From a virus (taxonomy: Duplodnaviria; Caudoviricetes), in the IMG/VR virus record IMGVR_UViG_3300042445_001485: a stretch of DNA of 64,000 nt; one strand, given 5' to 3'. Below, piece by piece: positions 1 through 9,857 of this stretch (position 1 is its first letter; each line of letters begins with the position of its first letter). The notes beneath the pieces were generated by a model, which saw only the letters and a program-made list of their open reading frames with translations, was not told where the DNA came from and did not search any database. Both the position numbers and the translations under genes were made by a program.

Positions 1-201
1 GATGGATTTGGATTAAACGAAAACTTTGCGGATGGCAAAAACCCTGGCCGCAAAGGACTTGCCAAGCGTTCAGGTGTCGACACCAAAGCAAGTGTAAGCA
101 GTCTAAGAAAAACTGCTAAAAATAGTTCAGGTGAAAAACAACGCATGGCACACTGGTTGGCCAACATGAAGGCTGGCCGTGCAAAGGCCAAGAAAAAATG
201 A
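1..201 (+). CDS. 3' end of a hypothetical, probably virion-associated protein (partial, runs off the window start)
   Basis: Frame 1 is open from base 1 (DGFGLNENFADGKNPGRKG...AKKK) to TGA at 199-201, which overlaps the ATG of the next gene (ATGA). Confidence 0.7.
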   Translation, partial: DGFGLNENFADGKNPGRKGLAKRSGVDTKASVSSLRKTAKNSSGEKQRMAHWLANMKAGRAKAKKK

Positions 202-836
202 AAATCTCCGAAGTCATTATAGAAGATTTAAAGCGTAGAGATTTCCTAGGCGGCACAGCAGCCACACTTGCAGGGTTAGCGACCACTGATGCTGAGGCTG
301 CCAAAAAGAAACCCGCTAAGCCACAAGATAAAAATGCACAAGCAATGAATACCAAGATTGATAGCAAGTATCAATTGTCACCAGGTGAAGACTTACCTGC
401 ATTGAGCAATAATCCTCGTGTGGAGATTGCTGTACAGAAAGCCGCACGGGCACATGGTATCACACACCCAGCAGAACTTGCACAGTTCATGGCACAAACC
501 AATCATGAGTCGTGGGACTTTACCAAACTGTACCAAGTGGGCGACAAACGAGTGTATGGTGGCAAGGGACTTATACAGTTGACTGGAAAACAAAACTATG
601 CCGCAGCCAGTAAATTTGCCGGGGTTGATTTGGTTCGGCATCCCAACGAAGCCGCCAAGTTAGATACTGCACTAAAAATAGCCATATGGTTCTGGAAGAA
701 CGAAGTCAGACGCTATGCTAAGTCTCCGGGGCAGTTTATGGATACTAGATTGATAACACGAATTGTGAACGGCCCGGACATGAATGGTTTAAAAGATCGT
801 CACGAGAAGTTCAAACGGTATCTGGATATACTATAA
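198..836 (+). CDS. Glycoside hydrolase family 19 (lysozyme-like muramidase/endolysin) with twin-arginine-like N-terminus
   Basis: GH19 motifs FMAQTNHES, YGGKGLIQLTGKQNY, AIWFW and ITRIVNG; N-terminus KRRDFLGGTAATLAGLATTDAEA. Confidence 0.85.
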   Translation: MKISEVIIEDLKRRDFLGGTAATLAGLATTDAEAAKKKPAKPQDKNAQAMNTKIDSKYQLSPGEDLPALSNNPRVEIAVQKAARAHGITHPAELAQFMAQTNHESWDFTKLYQVGDKRVYGGKGLIQLTGKQNYAAASKFAGVDLVRHPNEAAKLDTALKIAIWFWKNEVRRYAKSPGQFMDTRLITRIVNGPDMNGLKDRHEKFKRYLDIL

Positions 837-1976
837 TTACCAATAGAAGCTTCTAACAGCTTCTACCACTCGGTCAACTTCTTCGTCAGTCAGCTCAGGA
901 TATATAGGAAGGCTTAGGCATTCCCTGGTAAGGCGAGTTGCTTCCCAAAAACTACCTGTTACAGGATCCGGACCATAACATTCCCCCACCGGGTAATCAA
1001 ACAGGGTCTTGTTGTAATGAATCTTTGTTTCAATTCCGGCAATAGTCAAATGGTTTTGTAACTTACTGCGTTCTTTGCTCCTGATCACATACTTGTGCCA
1101 AGCATGAACAGCACCCGGGGTGGCTGTAGGCACATCGACAAACTTCAATAACTCTGTACTGTAGTATTCAGCAATACGAGTTCTACGCTCTTGCCAAGCA
1201 TCAAAGTATTGAAGTTTAACCAACATCTGAGCACAATCAGCTTCGCTCATTTTGCTATTGGTGCCTGAGTATTCGTGGTCTGATTCTTTGCCATTGTTGC
1301 GTTCGTTGCGTATGTTTGAGGCAACTCCGGCATCGTCAGTTAGAACCATTCCGCCTGATCCATAATTGTTTAGATTCTTAGTGGGATCAAAACTCAACAC
1401 ACTGATGTCACCCATCTTACCACTAGGGATACCTCGATAACTGGCACCAAAACTTTGTGCGGCATCTTCAATGACATTCAATTTCCGGCTAGTGAAGAAC
1501 TCTGTTTGCAGTCTAAATCTATCGTAGTCAATGGTGTTGCCATATAGGTTAACATACATGACAGTAGTGACATTGTCTTCGATGTGCGCCCGTTCTAGTG
1601 ATTCTAAATACATCAATCCCTGTAGATCAACATCGACCATGTGTGTGTTTTTAAATGCAGATTGTGCGGCCACATTTACTGTGGCAACAAAACTGACGGC
1701 AGGAATTATTAAAGCATCGTTGTCATCTTCAAACTCCTCCAATGCAAACTTTAGTCCCTGTGTGCCACTGTTGACTGCAATGGCATAGGTTCTGTCACAT
1801 CTACGGGCAATGGCTTCTTCAAAACGCATGGTGTACATGCCATCTAGTACTTGTCCAGACCGGTACACATCATCCGTGGCAGTCAACAGCTCTTCTCTAT
1901 GCAGAGCATACTGTCGACGAATACCAAAGAAAGGGATTAGATTCGAATTTTCCAATATGGGCTGGCCTTGAACCAT
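837..1976 (-). CDS. DegT/DnrJ/EryC1/StrS family PLP-dependent nucleotide-sugar aminotransferase
   Basis: Motifs NSGTQGL, IEDAAQSFGA and SFDPTKNLNNYGSGG (PLP lysine), ECLSLPIYPEL. The true start may be slightly downstream. Confidence 0.9.
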   Translation of the reverse strand: MVQGQPILENSNLIPFFGIRRQYALHREELLTATDDVYRSGQVLDGMYTMRFEEAIARRCDRTYAIAVNSGTQGLKFALEEFEDDNDALIIPAVSFVATVNVAAQSAFKNTHMVDVDLQGLMYLESLERAHIEDNVTTVMYVNLYGNTIDYDRFRLQTEFFTSRKLNVIEDAAQSFGASYRGIPSGKMGDISVLSFDPTKNLNNYGSGGMVLTDDAGVASNIRNERNNGKESDHEYSGTNSKMSEADCAQMLVKLQYFDAWQERRTRIAEYYSTELLKFVDVPTATPGAVHAWHKYVIRSKERSKLQNHLTIAGIETKIHYNKTLFDYPVGECYGPDPVTGSFWEATRLTRECLSLPIYPELTDEEVDRVVEAVRSFYW

Positions 1977-2905
1977 GCGTGATATCGTCTAAAGCCTTCT
2001 TCAACATCCACAGTGGGAGCGAATCCTAGATCCGTTCTTGCGGCTGTGATGTTCAATGCACCCCTACTAGGGAAATCTGCATCTTTATCGCGCACTTCTA
2101 CAGTACCTCGACCAGCAATCTTGATCGCCATCGTTGCGGCTTCTAACAAGGTGGTGCTGTGACTTTTTGTGATGTTGTAGGTTCGATTTGCAGCCGTAGG
2201 ATTTAGTGTGGCTTGTACAATGCCACGAGCCGCATCTTCCACATAGGTAAAGTCTAGTGTTTCGTTGGCTCCGTTGACTCGTAGTACTTCTCCGCGCATG
2301 GCCGACAGCATGAATTTGCTAACAACTCGGTCTTCAACATCAAGCTCACCGTATACAGCACTGGGGCGAATGATGGTATGTTCGAAGCAGGCACGACGAG
2401 TATAATCTCGAACAAGGTGTTCGCCCATGAGTTTCATGATACCGTATTGGCCTTGTGGACGACATGCATAGTCTTCAGTCACATCGTCATTAAAATCACC
2501 GTACACCATACTGCTACTAATATAAACAAACTTGGGAATTTTAAAGTTCTTTGCGAGTTCTAATAAATTAACTAATGCAGTACCCATGACTTCTGCACCC
2601 CATACCGGATTTGCACTAACAACTTTTTGTCTTGGAAAACTGGCAAGATGTATGACAGCATCACACCCAGTGCCAAATGTTCTAAAGAAGTTTTCTATTT
2701 GTTTATGTTCACGCAAGTCGATATAATGTATACCTGCCTTCATACGGGCCTTGCGTTCTTGTGTCAGGTATTCAAGTTCGGCCTTGTGTACAAATCCGTA
2801 ATTGGTATTGCTGTCCAATACAAAGCACTCGTGTCCCAGTGCTTCTAATTGTCTTACCACATTGTGACCAATAAAACCAGCACCACCTGTTACAATAAAT
2901 CTCAT
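1937..2905 (-). CDS. NAD-dependent epimerase/dehydratase (extended SDR)
   Basis: TGGAGFIG Rossmann motif, YISSSMVYG and the YGIMK catalytic YxxxK. Confidence 0.9.
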   Translation of the reverse strand: MRFIVTGGAGFIGHNVVRQLEALGHECFVLDSNTNYGFVHKAELEYLTQERKARMKAGIHYIDLREHKQIENFFRTFGTGCDAVIHLASFPRQKVVSANPVWGAEVMGTALVNLLELAKNFKIPKFVYISSSMVYGDFNDDVTEDYACRPQGQYGIMKLMGEHLVRDYTRRACFEHTIIRPSAVYGELDVEDRVVSKFMLSAMRGEVLRVNGANETLDFTYVEDAARGIVQATLNPTAANRTYNITKSHSTTLLEAATMAIKIAGRGTVEVRDKDADFPSRGALNITAARTDLGFAPTVDVEEGFRRYHAWFKASPYWKIRI

Positions 2906-3810
2906 ACTGCCATCTCCGCTTGAATAGCACCGTGGCTAGTATAGCCATCAAGTCTGATATCTTGCATGGTAAACCCTGTAATGTCTGTGATATCAGGGTT
3001 GAGCCAAAGAGTTGGTGCAGGTAATGGTTCACGAGTTAATTGTTCTTTTACCTGTTCAACATGATTTAGGTAGATGTGTGCATCGCCGAGTACATGAACG
3101 AACTCACCAACCGCTAGGCCGCACACTTGAGCTATCATCGCCGTAAGTAGCGAGTAACTTGCGATATTAAAAGGGACTCCTAAAAACATGTCACAACTTC
3201 TTTGATACATTTGGCAACTTAATCGTCCGTTGCTTACATAAAATTGAGCAAGCACATGACACGGTGGCAGGGCCATGGCATCTAATTCGCCTGGGTTCCA
3301 TGCAGAAAGTATATGTCGTCGTCCGTGTGGGTCTTGCTGAATACCGTTGATTAAATTGAGTAGTTGGTCAACTTCTTTAAAATGTATGCTACTTTGTCTG
3401 TTATATGTAGTACCAAAATCGTCTTTGAAACTCATTGCTTTGTGCTCAACCGGTGTACGCCAATGACGCCACTGTACTCCGTATACGCGACCTAAGTCAC
3501 CCTCAAACTTTGCCCGGGGCTTCCAGTAAGGAGCCAGAGCATTTGGTGTCCAAATAGTAACTGCACCTTCTCGATCATTATGTGTAATTTCTGCTAGTCT
3601 ACGCTCATCACCTGAGCCTTCAATCATCCATAGCAGTTCGCCCACACAAGCCCGCCAGGCTAATTTTTTAGTTGTTACTGCGGGGAATGATTCCGTAAGA
3701 TCGTAGCGTTGTTGCATACCGAAGAGACTAATAGTGCCTACCCCAGTTCGATCATCTCGGATTGTGCCTTTAGTTAGGACTTCCTTGAGCACGGCCAAAT
3801 ATTGGTTCAT
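2902..3810 (-). CDS. thyA: Thymidylate synthase ThyA
   Basis: DDRTGVGT, ELLWMIEG, GRVYGVQWR, ALPPCH, YQRSCDMFLGVPFNIASY and GDAHIY motifs. Confidence 0.97.
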   Translation of the reverse strand: MNQYLAVLKEVLTKGTIRDDRTGVGTISLFGMQQRYDLTESFPAVTTKKLAWRACVGELLWMIEGSGDERRLAEITHNDREGAVTIWTPNALAPYWKPRAKFEGDLGRVYGVQWRHWRTPVEHKAMSFKDDFGTTYNRQSSIHFKEVDQLLNLINGIQQDPHGRRHILSAWNPGELDAMALPPCHVLAQFYVSNGRLSCQMYQRSCDMFLGVPFNIASYSLLTAMIAQVCGLAVGEFVHVLGDAHIYLNHVEQVKEQLTREPLPAPTLWLNPDITDITGFTMQDIRLDGYTSHGAIQAEMAV

Positions 3811-4276
3811 ATCTAATAAATGTTGATTGTATATCTTCGGCTACACTGGCTGACTCTATAGTAAAGCCAGATAAGAATGATTTTAAGTCTATTCTAGTAT
3901 CTATTTTATACGAACCCTTGAAGTGTGTCAAGTGAATCTCGTCATACAAGTCACGGCATTCGTTCAAAATATCTGCACCACCTGCTATCCATATAGTTTT
4001 CTCAGGGTGCATCTTTTCTAATTTTAAAACTTCTTCTGCAATGTTACCGGATATGCGCCCGGCTGTTACTGGATGATGGGTGGCCACATATACTATGCGA
4101 CCAAGTAGGGGTTTATTTAATGCAGGATCATCCCATGACCGTCGTCCCATGACAACGACATGCCCCATGGTTAATTTTTGAAAATGTGCTAGATCGGCTC
4201 GGTTGTGTGGCCAAGGCAGCCCGCCGTTGTATCCCATTCCGCCAAACTGATCGACGGCAAATACTGCTTTTATCAT
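3770..4276 (-). CDS. folA: Dihydrofolate reductase
   Basis: GMGYNGGLPWP, DLAHFQKLT, VVMGRRSW and WIAGGA motifs; adjacent to thyA. Confidence 0.92.
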   Translation of the reverse strand: MIKAVFAVDQFGGMGYNGGLPWPHNRADLAHFQKLTMGHVVVMGRRSWDDPALNKPLLGRIVYVATHHPVTAGRISGNIAEEVLKLEKMHPEKTIWIAGGADILNECRDLYDEIHLTHFKGSYKIDTRIDLKSFLSGFTIESASVAEDIQSTFIRYEPIFGRAQGSPN

Positions 4277-4277
4277 A

Positions 4278-4619
4278 TTAAAGGTCTCTAAGAATGCTAT
4301 CGGTTATAGGTTGTACAGTTTTTGCCACTGAATCTACACTGATATAAAAATCGACATCGTCGATGATATGGTCAAGAGCTTTTAGTTTGCTGTTAACCAT
4401 ATACTCAACTAACTCGGGGTCTTGCCCGTCTGCTAGTAATTGTTTAATATCTACAATAACACTAGTCCCATCTCGTAAATTAACTTGAATGGATTCTAGA
4501 CAACCAATAGGAACTTCTTTTTTCTCTACATCTTTAAGGATGCGTTCCCATTGTTCTTTTTTGCTGACCTTAAGCCGCTTGCTTCTTGGTTGTCTTGGTT
4601 TTTTTGGTTGTTGTGACAT
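4278..4619 (-). CDS. Hypothetical protein
   Basis: 113 aa ORF in a tightly packed operon. Confidence 0.7.
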   Translation of the reverse strand: MSQQPKKPRQPRSKRLKVSKKEQWERILKDVEKKEVPIGCLESIQVNLRDGTSVIVDIKQLLADGQDPELVEYMVNSKLKALDHIIDDVDFYISVDSVAKTVQPITDSILRDL

Positions 4620-5235
4620 TGTGCGGTGCTAGTGATTGGGCTTCGGTTTCAAGGCGTTTGGCCTCTGCTAATAATTGTTCTGCCTGCTTCTTCATTTGAG
4701 CAGATTGTTCTAACCGTTGTGCGGCAAGATCCGCATCAGTTAGAAAACCGCTTTCAGGAAGAATCACTTCACCTGCACGACTGTTGGGAGGAACTCCAAC
4801 TTCTTTTTCTACTATTGTTTTTCTATTTTGTTTACCTGTTGCACCACGCGACGAATCTAGATCAGACATGCGCTTAACAGCCTCGTCACCTTTAGCCATT
4901 TCAGATAGTAACTTGTTTAGCTCATCTAAACGAATTGTTGTTTTATTATTTGGTGTAACGATAACCTGGTTAGTTGGAACTTTTTTCATCCAACCACTTT
5001 TGTGTAGGTTTGTTAATAATTTTCCACCTTCATTGTCCAGTGTGCGGAATAACACATCTGCCAGATCCGGGGTGTTTTGTCCTTCGGGACTTTCTACAGC
5101 TCTCATTAGATTGTCATGCACAGCACGGGGCAAAGCATCACTGTATACAATGAGTGCCATATGCTCTTCGCTAGGTACGCTACGATATACTACGACAGCT
5201 TTTTGTTGATTGTGTCTGGCGATATGTTTTAACAT
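4570..5235 (-). CDS. Hypothetical protein
   Basis: 221 aa ORF packed between its neighbours, with a C-terminal coiled-coil/basic tail. Confidence 0.75.
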   Translation of the reverse strand: MLKHIARHNQQKAVVVYRSVPSEEHMALIVYSDALPRAVHDNLMRAVESPEGQNTPDLADVLFRTLDNEGGKLLTNLHKSGWMKKVPTNQVIVTPNNKTTIRLDELNKLLSEMAKGDEAVKRMSDLDSSRGATGKQNRKTIVEKEVGVPPNSRAGEVILPESGFLTDADLAAQRLEQSAQMKKQAEQLLAEAKRLETEAQSLAPHNVTTTKKTKTTKKQAA

Positions 5236-5236
5236 A

Positions 5237-5512
5237 TTATTCTCCTTGAGTGTCTGTTATGGGTGCTATGCCATCTTCTTGAACTTCTGGTGTAGTTTCT
5301 TCAGTTGGTTTGAGTGCGCCTGATGCGGTTAAGAAAGCAATGATACGATCATACAAGCCGCCGATGTTGGTCATTTCTTCTGCACGAAATACTCCTCGTT
5401 GTGCCACAACTTGAATAGTTTGTGCAACAAGTAATAAGTCTTGTAAACTTAAATTGGCAGCCGGTGCTGTTGGTTGTTCTACAGTTTGCTCTATAGTTTG
5501 ATTTTCGTCCAT
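5237..5512 (-). CDS. Hypothetical acidic protein
   Basis: 91 aa ORF with GGAG SD upstream and a GTAAATA motif near 5549. Confidence 0.7.
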   Translation of the reverse strand: MDENQTIEQTVEQPTAPAANLSLQDLLLVAQTIQVVAQRGVFRAEEMTNIGGLYDRIIAFLTASGALKPTEETTPEVQEDGIAPITDTQGE

Positions 5513-5581
5513 TTAATTCTCCTAAGTTGAACAGTAATAACTATAGTTATTTACTCCTGTACAATCACTCGAGAATTTTTT

Positions 5582-5869
5582 TTAAAAATCTATAGACTTA
5601 TTAATTTGGTCCAATTGTAAAGCAAAGTAACTGGCTTCGCCAGGAATTTCGAAAGACACACATTTGGACATGAATATAGCATTATCCTCATTGATAGCGT
5701 ATCTGTCACCAATGAAAAATCGACCTTCTGTATTGGAATAAACCCAATCCGAAAGATCTTTTGCACTTACTTTGGAATCAAAAGTTACTTGTATAAAATG
5801 GGGAGGACAGTGATCGACTTTACGCAAGCCAAACACTGCCAGGGGATTAACCTCTCCGTATCGTAACAT
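5582..5869 (-). CDS. Hypothetical protein
   Basis: 95 aa ORF; start overlaps the upstream stop (TAATG). Confidence 0.7.
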   Translation of the reverse strand: MLRYGEVNPLAVFGLRKVDHCPPHFIQVTFDSKVSAKDLSDWVYSNTEGRFFIGDRYAINEDNAIFMSKCVSFEIPGEASYFALQLDQINKSIDF

Positions 5870-6564
5870 TATTCGTCTTTGTTGGGCATGACACCAATTA
5901 ACTGTAACAAGTGAATAAAGATGTTGATGAAATCCATGTACAAAGTCAATGCACCAATTATTTCCACAGGCTCATCACTTTCTACACTAACCATTTCTCG
6001 AATCTGTTGTGTGTCGTATGCAGTCAAGGCCATGAATATCACAATAGCGATGGCACTAATAACAGTTTGGAACACACTTGACCCAATCCAGATATTAATC
6101 AGGCTGGCAATGATGATTGCAATAAGAGCAACGAACATGTACTTGCCAACACTGTCAAGATTTCGTTTGGTAAAATATCCATACAGGCTCAAGGTACCAA
6201 ACAAGACTCCTGCACCCATAAATGCTGTAACAATACTGCCCATACTAAACACCACAAAGATACTGGCAAAACTTAGACCCATCAAGGCTGCAAAGGCATG
6301 TAGTAATGTCACTGCCACTTCTTTAGGCGGGTTGGCATTGAGAGCCATGCTGACTCCAAAGATAGCCACCAAGGGTGCAAAAATAGTTACCCATTTCATT
6401 GCCCCTGTAAAAAAGAATTGCATTAGTGTTGAATCGGTACCTACCCAGTAACTGACCAACATGCTGACAACAACAGCACACATCATGTGAAAGTACACAC
6501 GGCCCATTGCTTGATTAATTGCGGGGGCATCTCGGTAAGTGCCCAGTGTCATAGTATCATACAT
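5869..6564 (-). CDS. yccA: Bax inhibitor-1/YccA family membrane protein
   Basis: About 7 hydrophobic helices, AYDTQQIR and GALTLYMDFINIF signature. Start taken at ATG 6564, which overlaps the upstream stop. Confidence 0.88.
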   Translation of the reverse strand: MYDTMTLGTYRDAPAINQAMGRVYFHMMCAVVVSMLVSYWVGTDSTLMQFFFTGAMKWVTIFAPLVAIFGVSMALNANPPKEVAVTLLHAFAALMGLSFASIFVVFSMGSIVTAFMGAGVLFGTLSLYGYFTKRNLDSVGKYMFVALIAIIIASLINIWIGSSVFQTVISAIAIVIFMALTAYDTQQIREMVSVESDEPVEIIGALTLYMDFINIFIHLLQLIGVMPNKDE

Positions 6565-6889
6565 TTGCTTTTTCCTTTCGTTTTTTCTGTTTTTTTCCAT
6601 TGGTCAAAACAGTAATTTTCATTGGACCATAATCGGGTTGTTCGATTACAATCTTGCTTTGCAAACACTCGTCGGCCTGCGATTTAAAGCCTTCGAGTAT
6701 TTCAAACTGACGAGTAATTTGTGCAATCTCCACTGCCCGACTCAGGTCCTCTAAACGCATTTCCAATTCCATAATACGCTCAATTGCCGAAGGTACATCT
6801 TCGGGTGCATTGTGGTAAGTCGGCTCTGGCAATGCAGGAATGTCTTTCTCATCCACTGCTGTAGTATTTACACTATTGAGTACATTCAT
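6557..6889 (-). CDS. Hypothetical protein
   Basis: Start MNVLN at 6889 lies immediately after the VWA gene stop; 110 aa. Confidence 0.65.
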   Translation of the reverse strand: MNVLNSVNTTAVDEKDIPALPEPTYHNAPEDVPSAIERIMELEMRLEDLSRAVEIAQITRQFEILEGFKSQADECLQSKIVIEQPDYGPMKITVLTNGKKQKKRKEKANV

Positions 6890-6890
6890 T

Positions 6891-8138
6891 TTATTTTCCT
6901 TTTGCGGCTTCTTCGTAATGTGCCCATACACCAAACTCGGGTTCAGCACTGGAGTTACCTTTAATAATCCAAACGGTATCGCAATAGTTTTCAACTGTAC
7001 TAGGCTCCCAACCAAAGAAGCAATAGTCAGTAAACATGATCAACTTCTTGGGTTCAATGTTGTTCTCACGCAGGTACTGCCACACGCACATGGGATCAGT
7101 ACCGCCACCACCCAAGGGATCAAACTCGGTAATGTCTGCCATGTTGTCGCTAGTAAATTCACCAACACCACCAATTTCAGTGTCCCAACCCACAATGTGG
7201 ATCTTGTACTCAGTATAACTATCCATGATGCCTTTGATCTCGCTAAAGAAGATTTTCAAATCCTCTGGGCCAATACTGCCGGATGTGTCAATGCCAATAA
7301 AGATATCAATAGTTTCTCCGGGCTTCATCCCCGGCATGATGGCATCCATGTGCCAACCTTTGCGACTAGGACGGGCAAATGTAAAATCGTTCTTGATAGT
7401 ACTTTGGATTTGTTGTTCCAACAACTCTTTCCAACCAATCATGGGTTCTGTTAGGTCCTTGATCATGCGTCTAACGCCACCGGGCAAGTTGCCTGCACCG
7501 CTTGCTTGAGCGGCTTGTAGTACAGCCTCTTTGATCTCGTCTTTGATGGCTTTCTTTTCTGCATCACTTAGTTTAGGACGACCTTTACCATCCTTGCCCT
7601 CGCCTTCGCCTTCGCCATCCAAGTGTTCGTCTAAAACCATTTGAGTCAATTTGCTGATGTCGATTTTGTTGGCATTCTTCATCAAGTCATCATAGACTTC
7701 TTCCATGCTCCAACCTTTGTACTTGGGATCGTACAACATACCGCATACAGTAATCTTCTCACCAATGCGTTGATCAATCAAGTCTGCGTTTACACAATAG
7801 TCTGCCGCAATATTCATAATTTTTCGATCGCGATCTCCAGTACGACCCATGTGGTCATACACCGCATGTAGTACCTCGTGTCCCACAAGGAACTCCACCT
7901 GTTTGAGTGGCATCTTGTTTACAAATTCTGAATTATAATAAAACTTGCGTCCATCTGTTGCGGCAGTAGGACACCAATCATCTGCATTAACTAATGTCAT
8001 ACGAGTTGCAAGATTACCAAAGAACGGTGCTTTAAGCAAAAGTCCAATACGGGCAGTGATTAGTTTTTCTCGAACTGCGGCATCAGTCTTTGGATTAGTA
8101 ACTGTTACTGCTTTTTCTTTTTCTACTACATCTGACAT
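6891..8138 (-). CDS. Metallopeptidase-like + VWA domain protein (MoxR partner, DUF2201-like)
   Basis: TAATDG, HEVLH (HExxH), C-terminal MIDAS DTSGS, GGGGTD and MFTD. Confidence 0.85.
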   Translation of the reverse strand: MSDVVEKEKAVTVTNPKTDAAVREKLITARIGLLLKAPFFGNLATRMTLVNADDWCPTAATDGRKFYYNSEFVNKMPLKQVEFLVGHEVLHAVYDHMGRTGDRDRKIMNIAADYCVNADLIDQRIGEKITVCGMLYDPKYKGWSMEEVYDDLMKNANKIDISKLTQMVLDEHLDGEGEGEGKDGKGRPKLSDAEKKAIKDEIKEAVLQAAQASGAGNLPGGVRRMIKDLTEPMIGWKELLEQQIQSTIKNDFTFARPSRKGWHMDAIMPGMKPGETIDIFIGIDTSGSIGPEDLKIFFSEIKGIMDSYTEYKIHIVGWDTEIGGVGEFTSDNMADITEFDPLGGGGTDPMCVWQYLRENNIEPKKLIMFTDYCFFGWEPSTVENYCDTVWIIKGNSSAEPEFGVWAHYEEAAKGK

Positions 8139-8142
8139 ACAG

Positions 8143-8193
8143 ACTCCTTAGTTTCTATAATACAATTATACAATTGATATCTTTTTGTGTCAA
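8143..8193 (-). promoter_or_regulatory. Sigma70-type early promoter + conserved leader + SD
   Basis: Minus strand TTGACA-N17-TATAAT-TGTATTATAGAAACTAAGGAG. Confidence 0.85.
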
Positions 8194-8195
8194 TA

Positions 8196-8621
8196 TTATT
8201 CTCGTACAATGTAGGAAGCATTGGCCCTCATCATAATACGATCACCAAGTTTGGTCAATGACTCAGCAAAACATATCCTTCCGGTTTTGATAACATTGGT
8301 CTCAACTTCCAACCAAGCACCAACTGGTGGACTGGCAATAAAGTCTACATTTAAACTCACTGTAACCAACTTAATGCTATTAGCATCTCGTTCGATTCTA
8401 TCTTGCCACAATGTACGACAAACCACATGCCCCATTGCATAATCTGCAAGAGTTGCAGTTACTAGGCCCGCAACAAAACCTTTGCCCCGCACATGACGCT
8501 CAGACGTCATCATGGCAACAATCCATTTGTTATCTCGTTCGGTCAAGTAAAAAGGACCAATTGTTTTGTCAAAGTATGGACTGTTATTTGGGATTACCCA
8601 AAAACCTTCTGGAATAGCCAA
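8196..8621 (-). CDS. PaaI-like hotdog-fold thioesterase
   Basis: RHVRGKGFVAGLVTATLADYAMG, TVSLNVDFIA and KTGRICFAE resemble PaaI. The track ORF probably starts at TTG. Confidence 0.7.
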   Translation of the reverse strand: MAIPEGFWVIPNNSPYFDKTIGPFYLTERDNKWIVAMMTSERHVRGKGFVAGLVTATLADYAMGHVVCRTLWQDRIERDANSIKLVTVSLNVDFIASPPVGAWLEVETNVIKTGRICFAESLTKLGDRIMMRANASYIVRE

Positions 8622-8688
8622 TTTAATCTCCTAATTAAAATTGGGGGACTTATGATTTACATCTGCCCCCGCCCGCGACCAACGGAAC

Positions 8689-9789
8689 TTATTTGCCTGA
8701 CGCCGCGATAATGTACTTACCAAAACGCTTGTGGAACTCGTCAAAGTTCTTCATCTTGCCCGGCACCATGGGCAAGTTGTATGTGGTAAGTGCAACACGA
8801 GCACCCATAACAACCAATTCTGTAGTAAAATTAGCCATCATAAAGCCAAGGAAGTTGTCGGCTTGGGCATGCCAGTCTGCAAGTTTCTCTTTACCCAGCT
8901 TCTTGAAGCTGTCTTGAAGTTCATAACACAGGCTAATTGTCAAACTGTACATGGCACTGATTTCTTTTACCTTCAGGTCCTTGACCTTGCCACTCAAGAT
9001 TTCTTCTGGCTTGGGCATCTGGCCAGCAACCTTGCGGTGTGCCATAAACTTAAGAGCCAGGCCTTCACCCACAGTGCCAGCAATCAAGTCAGCCAATTCA
9101 GCGTCTGTTGCATCCTCGTCGTACAAGAACTGGCTTACAAAAGTCCATGTGCGTGGGGTAGCAAACGCACGACTTGCTGATTTTGGATCAAAGTCGAACA
9201 TGTCTTGTTTGGCAAAGCTGATGTAACCCACAACATCCTTGTGGATTTTTTGTCCCACAGCCCATTGTTGCCAAGACTCAAAGTCCGGACGCACTTCCAA
9301 GTGAACAAAGCGATTGGCCAGTGGACTGGGCATACGATAAGTAACACCCTTGTCGCTTTCACGATTACCTGCCGCAACAATTACAACATTGTCTGGCAAA
9401 TGATACTTGCCCACACGACGGTTCAAAATAAGTTGATAACCTGCGGCCTGTACAGCCGGTGCCGCACTATTCATTTCGTCTAGGAATAGTACAATAATAG
9501 GAAATTGCTTGGCCATCTCTGCATCAGGCAAGTCAATGGGAGGAGCCCAATCCATAACTTCTTTGTTCTTGTTAAAGAACGGGATACCACGAATGTCTGT
9601 GGGTTCCATTTGGCCCAGGCGTAGGTCAATCATGTGTCCACCCAAGTCTTCAGTAATGCCAGCAATCAATTCTGACTTACCAATTCCGGGAGGACCCCAC
9701 AAGAACACAGGACGTTTGTTTTTAAATGCACGAAGCACACGGCTACGGCATTCATTGGGGGTTACACTACGGTTTTCGGTCACGGACAT
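8689..9789 (-). CDS. MoxR-like AAA+ ATPase
   Basis: Walker A GPPGIGKS, Walker B LFLDEMN, AAGNR, PSPLANRF and TPRTW. Confidence 0.9.
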   Translation of the reverse strand: MSVTENRSVTPNECRSRVLRAFKNKRPVFLWGPPGIGKSELIAGITEDLGGHMIDLRLGQMEPTDIRGIPFFNKNKEVMDWAPPIDLPDAEMAKQFPIIVLFLDEMNSAAPAVQAAGYQLILNRRVGKYHLPDNVVIVAAGNRESDKGVTYRMPSPLANRFVHLEVRPDFESWQQWAVGQKIHKDVVGYISFAKQDMFDFDPKSASRAFATPRTWTFVSQFLYDEDATDAELADLIAGTVGEGLALKFMAHRKVAGQMPKPEEILSGKVKDLKVKEISAMYSLTISLCYELQDSFKKLGKEKLADWHAQADNFLGFMMANFTTELVVMGARVALTTYNLPMVPGKMKNFDEFHKRFGKYIIAASGK

Positions 9790-9857
9790 TACTTACTCCT
9801 TAAAAAATGTCGTTGTTACTAACACAGAATCTAGTTTACTAAAGATGTCTTTTGCAG

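Noticed and set aside
8640-8680. GGGGG...CCCCC hairpin after moxR as a terminator
   Set aside because: The stem is imperfect with a long loop and weak U-tract; not enough support.
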